A DNA stretch of 64,000 bases from an uncultured virus (IMG/VR IMGVR_UViG_2700989551_000001) (Duplodnaviria; Heunggongvirae; Uroviricota; Caudoviricetes), in the IMG/VR virus record IMGVR_UViG_2700989551_000001. One strand, given 5' to 3'. Each line of letters opens with the position of its first letter. The stretch's first letter is position 1. Below the pieces are notes generated by a model. It had not been told where the DNA came from and ran no database searches. It worked only from the letters and a program-made list of their open reading frames with translations. The position numbers and the translations under genes were made by a program. Positions 50,526 to 59,341 of this stretch are shown here, one piece after another.

Positions 50526-51536
50526 TCAACTGCAGGGAACTTGGACGCCCGGCTTGCCACTGGTATCAACCGTAAAGCAGGTGTCCCATCCATCATCTCC
50601 ACCGGTTGAACCGCCGCCGTTGCCTCCTTGGGATGGCTGCGGGGTCGGTTGTGGCGTCGGCTGCGGTGCGGGAGTGTACCCGCCTCCGTTGCCGGTGGGC
50701 TGCTGTGGCATGTACGCGTACCCGCCGCCCTGGGATTGCGTGTAGCCTCCGCCCGTGTATCCGGTGTAGCCTCCGGTTGTATCGCCCGTGTAGGAGCCGC
50801 TGTTATCCGTCTGCGCCTGGGCGGCATTGTCGGCCGCCTGCTTCTCCTTTTCGGCCCTGGCCTTCGCGTCCGCGTCGGATTTCGCCTTGATGGAGTCGTT
50901 GACCGTCTTCACCGCATCCGAGATCGTCTTCCCGTCCTTCGATTTGATGGCGTGCTCCAATGCGGCGCGAACCTTGTCGTCCTTCACCCTGCCCTTCGAA
51001 TCATTCAGGATCCTGGTCGCGTCGGCGACGGTCTTGTCGGTCTTCGAGGCGTTGACCGCATCCGCCTTGCCCTTGACCTCGTTCACGGTCTTCGCATATG
51101 CGGTCGCAAGACCGTCGATCTCCTTCGTCGTCGCCTCGATATCGGCCCGATTGCCGGAGGGGCATTCCGGAACGGTCGTCTTCGTCTTCTCGGCGGCCTT
51201 TACCGTCGAGGCCAACGTCCCGACCGTTTTCGCGTCCTTGACCTCCGAATCCTTGACCGTGACCGCGGTCTGCAGGGCGTCCGACTTCAGGTATTCCGTC
51301 AGCTTCTTCCGCGCCTTCACCGCCTTGTCGTATGAGGTGGCGCATTCCTCTGAAGCCGCCGTCAACCGATCATGGTTCCAATACAGGTATCCGCCGATAC
51401 CGCCCGCCGCGAGGACGACGGCGCATCCGCCCGCGATCACCGGCACCAGCCATTTCGGACGCTTCGGTTTCGAGGCGGCGCGGGCGGCCCCCGACGGTTC
51501 CGTCGGGGGCTGGGGCACGGGATTCGATCCGCTCAT
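50526..51536 (-). CDS. Membrane-anchored helical surface protein, tandem copy B
   Basis: SD AAAGAGGA before MSGSNP; paralog of copy A. Confidence 0.8.
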   Translation of the reverse strand: MSGSNPVPQPPTEPSGAARAASKPKRPKWLVPVIAGGCAVVLAAGGIGGYLYWNHDRLTAASEECATSYDKAVKARKKLTEYLKSDALQTAVTVKDSEVKDAKTVGTLASTVKAAEKTKTTVPECPSGNRADIEATTKEIDGLATAYAKTVNEVKGKADAVNASKTDKTVADATRILNDSKGRVKDDKVRAALEHAIKSKDGKTISDAVKTVNDSIKAKSDADAKARAEKEKQAADNAAQAQTDNSGSYTGDTTGGYTGYTGGGYTQSQGGGYAYMPQQPTGNGGGYTPAPQPTPQPTPQPSQGGNGGGSTGGDDGWDTCFTVDTSGKPGVQVPCS

Positions 51537-51782
51537 GTTATGTTCCTCTTTCATGTTTCCGCTACGCGCACGATGATAGCATCATGCGTGGCTTGTTCCG
51601 GTCGGTTTCCTCACATCCCGGGGATTCATCCATTCCTGGCGCTTGCCCCGGCTTCAATCATCCCACGGTATGCGTCCCTCGGGAAGCCAACGGATTTAAA
51701 CCATGAAAGTGAACCGGGTGCCGCATCCCCTGCGGCCCGTCATGGGCCGGGGGGGATGCGGCACCCCTTGCCGTCCCGCGTG

Positions 51783-54728
51783 TCAGGCGCGCCTGCGGTT
51801 GCGCAGCGCGAACGCGGCGCCCAGGCCGGCGAGCAGCATGCCGGCCGCGACGGCGGGCAGGACGCCCGTGCCGGTGGAGGCGAGCTGCTTCTCCCTGACG
51901 GTCACGGTCTCGTTCGGCTTGCGCGCGTCGCCATAGGAGACGAGCTTGCCCGTCTGGTCGTACACCTTCTCACGCCAGTAGTAGGTGCCGGTCTCCTTGA
52001 CGGTCACGGTCGGCGAGTGGACGCCGTCCACGGCGTCGATCTTGCCGGTGACGGTGATGAGCACGTCTCCCGACTGGTCTCCGTTGGCCTGCTTCCACAG
52101 TTCGAATTCGGCCTTGGCTGCCTGCTCGCAGTTCCTGAGCAGGAGCTCGTCGTGCAGGTCGGCCCTGCCGTTCTCCATCGTGACCTCGCCCTGGCTCCTG
52201 GTGGACACCTCGCACTTCGGTGTTTCGGGCTTCCGGACGCGCACGATCTCGGATGCGAGGCCGAAAGCGTGCTGCACCTTGCCGTGGGTGAGCTGACGCC
52301 ATGCGAGGGCGGCGAGCGGATTATGGTTCTGGTCGCCGGTCAGACTCGGTGTCATGACCCAATGCCAAGCGTAGGTGCCCGATTCGGTCAGGGTGAACGA
52401 GTCGGTCGTGTAGGTGCCGAACCCGGTGACGTCCTTGATGTCGGCCTCGTGAACCTTCACCGCGTTTTCGGGCACGGTGTCGGTCTGCTCGATCGCGGAG
52501 GACGGGTCGTCACTCACCTTGTAGAGGACGCCGTGGAAGTCGAGGCTCAACGGGGTGCCCTTCGGGGTTTCGCCTTCGGTGACGTTCGACTGCGGGTAGG
52601 TGGGCCACACGTCCTTTTCGTTGGTCTTGGCGACGACGAGCCTGTCAATGGTGGTCTCACCCGCCTTGACTTCCTTGCTGGACACTGTGGAGTCGAGCTT
52701 CGGGGTGAGGCGGAACATGACGGTCTCATCCGCGGTGAACGGAGCCTCATGAACATCCTTGGCGAACGGATAGTCCCTGGACGGTTCGATGCCGGTCTGG
52801 TTTTCCGTGTCCTGATCCTTGTTCGCGATGTCGAACACGAACGTGGCGTATCCGGATGGCAGGTTCGTCAGATCCACACCATCCTCGGCCTTCCATTGGG
52901 CGACAGGCTTGTCCTCGTCACTGCTGGAAATCAGGTAGTCGCCGGCCTTGTTCGTGGTGAACGTGGCGGTGGCGAGCTTCACGGCCTGCTTGGGCAGTTC
53001 GACGGTCTTGCCCGCGGCGGTATCCTTCTGAGCCTGTTCGGCCTGTTCGCGGGTCATGCCACCGTAGATGGCGCCATTCACGGTAAGCGTGATCTGGTTG
53101 TCTTCCGTTTCCTTGCCTTCGCCCTGACCGTCCTTGGTGTGCAGCCAGTCCTGGGTGTCGACCTTGCCGTCACCGTTCACGTCGGTCACGCCCAGCGTGA
53201 CCTTATCACGGATGACGCTGCCCTTTTCAAGGTAGACGACATCGGTCTTGTCGGACGCGGCCGCGGAGCCGATTTGCACGCTCGGACGTTCGGTGCCGTC
53301 GGCGCCGGCCACCGTGCTCTGATCGGTCTTGTAGGCGGCGCTCACACTCGACTTGATGGTCGGCTGCATGTTGCGCACATGCTGAGTGGATTCCGCTTCC
53401 AGCACGTTGTCAGACCAGTCGTAGTCCGTGGACAGGTACTGCTTCATGTTGGCGTCCTGCATGTCGGGCGTGATCTGCCACACCCACGTGTACCAGCCGG
53501 TGTCCGGCAGGCTCGACGGGGTGGCTCCCGGGTGCGCCTTCACGAAGCCGGGGTCCATGGTGATGGAGGCGGCGTCCACATGATTGGTGGCGCCATCCCT
53601 GTCGCCGGTGACGGTCGCGGTCGCGGCCTTCACCCCGTCCTTGACGGTCGTCTGGCCTTCGACCGGCTTCTTCGCGAAGTAGTAGAGGGTGCCGGTGCTC
53701 TTGATGGTCGCGCCTTCAATCCAGTCGCCGCCCGTCGGGTCCACATGCCAGGTCAGATCGTCTTCGGGCGCATGCCCGTATTCGATGCGATGGTCCGACT
53801 GGTCGGACTGGATGGTCGGCTTGAAGTTGTTTAGCACCTCGAACTGGATGTTCTTCGACACGGTCTCGGGATCGGTCGGGGCCATCAGATTCTGGTTCGG
53901 GGAGGTCAGCTTGCGGGCCTGATAGCCTTTGTAGCTGACAGACGACGTTACTTTGCCGTTGCCGGTGGCGGTCCATGCGAAATCCTGCTTCTTGTTGGTA
54001 GTCGTGCCGTCAATCGTGTTCGTGCCAGTCTGGTCGAACACGGCCGGACCCTGGAGCATGATCCTGAACGGCATGCCGGACATGTATTGGCCGTTCTCGT
54101 TCGTGATGCTCGGGGTGACCATTCCCTTGCGTTTGCCGATGGTGTACTGGTATCTCATGTCGAGGTTCGAGGGCGTGTTGGCGACCGCCTCATTCCACAG
54201 GCTGTTCATTTTGGCCGTGTACGTGTCCCAGGTGGTGCCGTCTTTCCAGCCGAGGCGTTGGAGGCCATTCAGGTATTCGTTGCCCATCGGGTCGAGCTTC
54301 TGGTGGATGAGGCCCGCGATCGCGGCCTGCGTGAGGTCGTCCCTGTCGTTGTTGTACTTGTCGGTCAGCCAGGCGAGCTTCTGCGCGTCCGGTTTCGTCT
54401 TCGCGTCGGTCCACTCGCCCCACGTGCCCGCCGTGCCCGTGTAGAGCGTGTCGGCCTGGATGCAGTACACGTTCTTCCCGTTGACCTTGTCGACCACGCC
54501 GAGCGACTGCTCCATGTCCTCGTACTTGTGTCCGTTGCTGAACGTGATCGTGCCCATGTTCGCCCACAGGCCCGGGTTGCCGTTCTGAATGGAGCGCTCA
54601 AACGGATCACGCATGTCGGCCGCGTCCGCCGTGCCCGCGACGAGCATGCCCGCCGCCAGGGTGGCGGCTGCCGCGACGCCCGCGGCGAGCGTGCGCGCCC
54701 AGTGTCTGTCGTTATGAGTCGAACCCAT
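51783..54728 (-). CDS. Cell-wall-anchored adhesin with probable thioester (TED/TQXA) domain
   Basis: Signal peptide, VYCIQ, LTQAAI, Ig-like stalk repeats (Y.W.W / PNETV), LASTG + TM + RNRRR. Confidence 0.75.
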   Translation of the reverse strand: MGSTHNDRHWARTLAAGVAAAATLAAGMLVAGTADAADMRDPFERSIQNGNPGLWANMGTITFSNGHKYEDMEQSLGVVDKVNGKNVYCIQADTLYTGTAGTWGEWTDAKTKPDAQKLAWLTDKYNNDRDDLTQAAIAGLIHQKLDPMGNEYLNGLQRLGWKDGTTWDTYTAKMNSLWNEAVANTPSNLDMRYQYTIGKRKGMVTPSITNENGQYMSGMPFRIMLQGPAVFDQTGTNTIDGTTTNKKQDFAWTATGNGKVTSSVSYKGYQARKLTSPNQNLMAPTDPETVSKNIQFEVLNNFKPTIQSDQSDHRIEYGHAPEDDLTWHVDPTGGDWIEGATIKSTGTLYYFAKKPVEGQTTVKDGVKAATATVTGDRDGATNHVDAASITMDPGFVKAHPGATPSSLPDTGWYTWVWQITPDMQDANMKQYLSTDYDWSDNVLEAESTQHVRNMQPTIKSSVSAAYKTDQSTVAGADGTERPSVQIGSAAASDKTDVVYLEKGSVIRDKVTLGVTDVNGDGKVDTQDWLHTKDGQGEGKETEDNQITLTVNGAIYGGMTREQAEQAQKDTAAGKTVELPKQAVKLATATFTTNKAGDYLISSSDEDKPVAQWKAEDGVDLTNLPSGYATFVFDIANKDQDTENQTGIEPSRDYPFAKDVHEAPFTADETVMFRLTPKLDSTVSSKEVKAGETTIDRLVVAKTNEKDVWPTYPQSNVTEGETPKGTPLSLDFHGVLYKVSDDPSSAIEQTDTVPENAVKVHEADIKDVTGFGTYTTDSFTLTESGTYAWHWVMTPSLTGDQNHNPLAALAWRQLTHGKVQHAFGLASEIVRVRKPETPKCEVSTRSQGEVTMENGRADLHDELLLRNCEQAAKAEFELWKQANGDQSGDVLITVTGKIDAVDGVHSPTVTVKETGTYYWREKVYDQTGKLVSYGDARKPNETVTVREKQLASTGTGVLPAVAAGMLLAGLGAAFALRNRRRA

Positions 54729-54858
54729 AAGGATGTTTCCTTTCTGTCGGATAGGGGACGGCGTACGTCCGCCCCCGCACGCGCGTCTATGCGGGCCGGA
54801 AAGGCACATGATCGTCCCGGGACATGGAAGAACGGCATGGGATTGGATTTGACGGTTT

Positions 54859-55779
54859 CTAGCCGAGCGCGTCCCTGACCTTGACGACGATGTCGAGCAA
54901 CGGGGACAGGAGACCCGTCGGCCCGTACGTCCTTCGCAGCCGATCGTATTCGACGCACGCGTCCCGGACGGTCACGTCCCAGCCCTCACGGGCGATTAGC
55001 GGATACCGGCCGGCCGTGTTCAGGCTGCGGCGCACCGGCCCGAACATCAACCGGTATCGGAGCCATGCGAGACGCGGCCGCGCGGAATCCTCCAACGTTC
55101 GCGCCCGGTCGAGGATGAGCGTCGCACCGTAACGCAGCATGCAGGCGCGAACCGTCATGTCAAGGTCCTCCGCGTCGCCGGTCCGGTACGTCCACCCGGG
55201 GTATGGGACGCGACGGGAGCGCATGCCGTCCATCAGGCCGCGCCGTTCCCGCCCGGCCACGCATACGCTGGCGCTTAGGCCGGTGGCCCGGCCCATGACC
55301 ATGAGCATCGCGGAATCCCCCGCCGTCCGCCCCATGACCAGGCTCCGCTCGGAATAGCGGAACGGGGACCGATCCCGTCTCCACGAGGCGTCCCGATGGA
55401 AGTAGCGCGCCGGGTTCGCGTCGAACACGCCGTGCCCGATGAGGAACGGCCGTATCGTGATATGCCCCTGTCCCGTCATGGCGGCCCATGGTACGCGCGT
55501 CCGAACCGGCCGGTCCCGTCGTGTCCCGTGATGCGGCCGGGGGATGGCATCCCAGCCGGCCGCGTAGCCGACGGCCAGGAGCATGAGGCGCGGAGCCCAC
55601 ACGCCGCCGGCGGCGAACGGGGCGAGCACGGCGGCGAACAGGGCGAGACGCGCGGGCCATGGGCCGGGGCCCGCCGCCCGCGCCCACCGTTCCCGGCCCG
55701 CGTCCAGGAGCATGAGGGGGACGAGCCAGCGCAGCAGGATTCCCGCGGCCGGCCAGAACAGGATGACGATCGGGGTCAT
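54859..55779 (-). CDS. Membrane-anchored hypothetical protein, paralog 1
   Basis: N-terminal TMs; RPFL, GRATGLSA, PYPGW, ACMLRYGA, YGP shared with 56643-57560. Confidence 0.7.
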   Translation of the reverse strand: MTPIVILFWPAAGILLRWLVPLMLLDAGRERWARAAGPGPWPARLALFAAVLAPFAAGGVWAPRLMLLAVGYAAGWDAIPRPHHGTRRDRPVRTRVPWAAMTGQGHITIRPFLIGHGVFDANPARYFHRDASWRRDRSPFRYSERSLVMGRTAGDSAMLMVMGRATGLSASVCVAGRERRGLMDGMRSRRVPYPGWTYRTGDAEDLDMTVRACMLRYGATLILDRARTLEDSARPRLAWLRYRLMFGPVRRSLNTAGRYPLIAREGWDVTVRDACVEYDRLRRTYGPTGLLSPLLDIVVKVRDALG

Positions 55780-55867
55780 GCCTCCCGTATGCGTCCGTCC
55801 GGAACGCATACGGGAGGCATGCAGCAGGGGACGCCCGTCCCCGCACCCACAAGGAAAGGAAACCGTC

Positions 55868-56563
55868 ATGACCGATCAGGAGCCGGGAGCCCAGCTCACC
55901 CAATCATACGAATCCCAGTCATACGCGCCGCAGGAGAGCAAGCGCCCCGAAATCGCGACCGTCGCGTTCGGCGGATACCGGACGGAGGATGTGGACCGTC
56001 TGGTCGACCAGTACGAGGAGAGGATGGCCGGATACCGGCGCAGCCTCGCCCGGCAGATCGCGATCGCCGACAACCTGAGGAACCTGAACACGCGGCTGAC
56101 CGCCCAATTGGAGGCCGCCTGCCGGGAACGCGACGAACTGCGCCACCGGGCGGAAAGCCCGTTCGAGGCGGCCGGCAAGGCCGCGCAGGACCTCGTCGAC
56201 AACGCGAGGAACACGGCGCGCGACACGATCGCGGAGGCGCGGGCGCAGGCAAAAGGCATCCTCGACGAGGCGAACGCGAAGGCGGGGGACGTCGTCGCGT
56301 CCGCGAAGCAGACCGCCGACGGGCTCGCCGAGGAACACAAGAGGGAGCATGACAAGGCGATGGCCGACCTCGCCGAGCAACGCGACGCGTTGAAGACGGA
56401 GCACGCGAAGGCCATGGCCGACATCGAAACGCGCCGCAAGGACGCGCAGGCCGCGATCGCGGAACGCGAACGACGGGCGGGGGAACTCGAACAACGGGCC
56501 AGAGGGACGGTGGACGAGATCCGGGAGACCCTGAAGAACGCGATCCGCACGCTCGACGACTGA
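55868..56563 (+). CDS. DivIVA-like coiled-coil protein
   Basis: FGGYRTEDVDRLVD N-terminal motif followed by long heptad repeats; SD AAGGAAAGGA. Confidence 0.72.
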   Translation: MTDQEPGAQLTQSYESQSYAPQESKRPEIATVAFGGYRTEDVDRLVDQYEERMAGYRRSLARQIAIADNLRNLNTRLTAQLEAACRERDELRHRAESPFEAAGKAAQDLVDNARNTARDTIAEARAQAKGILDEANAKAGDVVASAKQTADGLAEEHKREHDKAMADLAEQRDALKTEHAKAMADIETRRKDAQAAIAERERRAGELEQRARGTVDEIRETLKNAIRTLDD

Positions 56564-56642
56564 AAACAAACGGGATCAAAGGGATGCGGGTGCCGGGCTT
56601 GAACGGCGACGGGCCCGGCACGCTTCGATAGGATGGCCGGGA

Positions 56643-57560
56643 TCAGCCGCGCACCGTCCTGCGGAACCCTCCTATCAGATCGGCCAGGCGCCGCACCGCC
56701 CCGACGGGCCCGTATTCGTGCAACGTCGCGTCATACAGTTCGCAGGCGAGCCCGATGTCCTCGCCCCAGCCGTTCGCCCCGATCAGCGGGTTGAAACGAT
56801 CCGCATGCGCCAACGCCCGGCGGATCGGGGCGCAACGGCATCGCATGACCAGGCACGCCAGACGCGGATGGGCGTCACGGCACGCGTCACGGGACAGGCG
56901 GGTCAGCACGTCGGCCCCGTAGCGCAGCATGCACGCGTCAGCGAACATGCCGGGATCCGCGCCCCTCGTCCGGCACGTCCAATCCGGATACGGCAGGATA
57001 CGGGTCGCCATCATGCGTATCGCCGGATGTTCGGCGGGCCGGCCGTAACCGATGCAGGCGGACAGTCCGGTGACCCGGCCGACCACGAACACAAGGCCCA
57101 TCCGACGAAGGACCGTGGACCGTTCCGGCAGTCCGCGCCCGTCCGGAACCCGTTTCCACCCCCTGCCGAGGAAACGGGAGGGCATGCCCGCGAACGGCCC
57201 GTTGTCTTTGAGGAACGGCCTCACTTCGATCTCGTCGTCTTCCATGGGCCCGTATGATACGCGGCCAGGCAGGTTCCTCGCGCCCGTCCCGTCACGATCC
57301 GGACGTCCGGACGCATGCGGCGGGGACGGGAGCCGGCCGCCGACGGCGACGCCGATCGTCAGGCAGGCGAGCCGCATCCCCCACACGTCCGCGCCCAGCA
57401 GCCAGGCGAGGATTGCCGCGCACGCGGATACGTGGACGAGACCGTGCCGTCCCATCCATGCGCCGGACCGGATCAGACCGATCCGGCGCATGGACGCGGG
57501 TATGGCCGGGCGGACGGCGACGCCCAGGAGCATCCACGCCCAGACGTTGACGGGCGTCAA
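56643..57560 (-). CDS. Membrane-anchored hypothetical protein, paralog 2
   Basis: TTG start overlapping the MTase stop (MTPVNV vs MTPIVI); shared motifs with paralog 1. Confidence 0.68.
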   Translation of the reverse strand: MTPVNVWAWMLLGVAVRPAIPASMRRIGLIRSGAWMGRHGLVHVSACAAILAWLLGADVWGMRLACLTIGVAVGGRLPSPPHASGRPDRDGTGARNLPGRVSYGPMEDDEIEVRPFLKDNGPFAGMPSRFLGRGWKRVPDGRGLPERSTVLRRMGLVFVVGRVTGLSACIGYGRPAEHPAIRMMATRILPYPDWTCRTRGADPGMFADACMLRYGADVLTRLSRDACRDAHPRLACLVMRCRCAPIRRALAHADRFNPLIGANGWGEDIGLACELYDATLHEYGPVGAVRRLADLIGGFRRTVRG

Positions 57561-58867
57561 ACGGCGAGCCTTTCGCGTACGCGGAGCGCCCAGTCGACCG
57601 CCATGGCGGCCTGCGGGGGCACGACCCCGTTGCCCAAGGCGCGCAGTTGGAGGTTCCTGTGATTGCCGTCCACATGCCGCCAGATCGCCGGATCGGTGAC
57701 CCAGCCGTCCTCCAGGCCCATCATCCATTCCACGAACCTCGGGGATAGGTGGGCGGCCGACGGGAACCGGGGGCCTTCGAATCGGGTCTTCCAATAACCG
57801 AGCACGCTTTTGTCGGGCAGACGGGTCGCGGGGATCGGGATGTCCGGGTCCATGTCCTTGCAGCCGGGCCAGAACATGGGGTCGATGAGGCTCATCCCCC
57901 GGTCGGTTTCACGCCAGAGCGCGAGCATGCGGTCGCGCATCGGCTGGTCCAGCCGGGCTTTCGGATGCGCGTCGAACGGGGCGTGGCGGGCGAGCCAGTA
58001 CGGTTCGAACAGCGTGGGGTCGTCGGCGTTCGCCCCGACCCAGCGGCGCAGGCCGCCGGTCGCCTGCGTGGGGCAGGGGGCGGGACGGCCGGACACCCGC
58101 TCCCAGCGGCGGATCGCGGCGGCGAACCGGCCGAAGCGCACGCCCCGCCCGTCGTCCAGACCCCAGAGTCCCCCATGGTAGGGGCCGGGCGCGGGGATCG
58201 CGCGCGTCCCCTGTTCGACGGCGCCGGTCATGCATGTCTGGTCGTTCCTCTGATTGCGGCCTTTCACGTCGCTGGCGCGCGGCGTGGGCATCATATCCAC
58301 ATCATCCGTCATCACGTCCTCCCTCAGGTTCCCGGTCGAATCGCGTCGGCTCCCGTCCCGGTCGCCGCGACGCAGGACGCGTTCCAACGCGGCCCCGTCG
58401 CGGGGCGCGATCGCATCCATGCAGTTCGGCGTGGCGAACAGGCGGGCTTCCGGCAGGATGTCGATGTCGTCGCTCTTCTCCGCCCAGTCGGCGCACGTGA
58501 CCGCATGCCCCATGGCCGCGCGGCGTTCCGGGATCATCGTGCCCCCGTTCCACTCGTTCGACGTGGGCGTGGGCAGGTGGTCGATGTCGTCGCGCAGGTT
58601 CCGGTAGCCGGCGCCTTTTCCGGCGCGCGGCCGTTCCGCATCCGCATGCGGGGGCAGCATGTCCATACAGTTCGGCGTGCCCGGCAGTTCGTTTTCGCTC
58701 ATGCCCGTCGTATGCGTTCCCATGATCCGGATCTCCCCCGCGTCGAGGATCGCGTTCACCAGGGCGACGCCCCGCCAGTTCTCCCCCGGCCGCCAGCAGC
58801 CGCGCACCGTATGCCGGGTCGCGTCCATCACCGTCGGCGTGGGCAGCCACAGATCGTCATCAGTCAT
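57557..58867 (-). CDS. C5-cytosine DNA methyltransferase, C-terminal subunit (LPTP repeats + motifs IX/X)
   Basis: LSPRFVEWMMGL, LRALGNGVVP; five xPTP/xTP repeats; no motif I or IV. Confidence 0.8.
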   Translation of the reverse strand: MTDDDLWLPTPTVMDATRHTVRGCWRPGENWRGVALVNAILDAGEIRIMGTHTTGMSENELPGTPNCMDMLPPHADAERPRAGKGAGYRNLRDDIDHLPTPTSNEWNGGTMIPERRAAMGHAVTCADWAEKSDDIDILPEARLFATPNCMDAIAPRDGAALERVLRRGDRDGSRRDSTGNLREDVMTDDVDMMPTPRASDVKGRNQRNDQTCMTGAVEQGTRAIPAPGPYHGGLWGLDDGRGVRFGRFAAAIRRWERVSGRPAPCPTQATGGLRRWVGANADDPTLFEPYWLARHAPFDAHPKARLDQPMRDRMLALWRETDRGMSLIDPMFWPGCKDMDPDIPIPATRLPDKSVLGYWKTRFEGPRFPSAAHLSPRFVEWMMGLEDGWVTDPAIWRHVDGNHRNLQLRALGNGVVPPQAAMAVDWALRVRERLAV

Positions 58868-58970
58868 GGCCACGGGTATGCGTCAGGCGGGGCAGGCGTA
58901 TCGGATCATGGAAACGGGACGGTCCCCGCCGTTCCAGACCCTTAGTCTTGGCCGCATGGACATCATCCGC

Positions 58971-59012
58971 TTGACTTCCTCCCCCGCCTAAAGAGGCGGG
59001 AGTCTGCGCCAC
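58971..59012 (-). mobile_element. Solitary IS200/IS605-type end or minimal palindromic remnant
   Basis: TTGACTTCCTCCCC matches 3371-3384, followed by hairpin CCCGCCT-AAAG-AGGCGGG; no transposase. Confidence 0.7.
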
Positions 59013-59341
59013 CCAAACAAAGATCGAGACTCCCAGTATTTCCTTCATGCCCGATCCTCCCCCATGCCAATCCAATCTCACGAAATCGCGGGAATGGCCG
59101 AACAAGGTCTTCCCCTGATGGTCACGAACATGGACGGGTGGTCGCCCATGTGGTCAAATACGCGAACGAGGCGGGGCGAGCCCATGCCGCTGCGATCCCG
59201 GTTCGGGTATCCGCTTTCCATACGAGGATCGCGCGATCCGGCTGGAATGGCGCGAGACGGGGCCCGAAGGGCCTATGGACAAAGAAACCCGGCATGCCCG
59301 CGATTTCTCCATGCGCAACGAAGCCGACCATGCCCCGGGTC

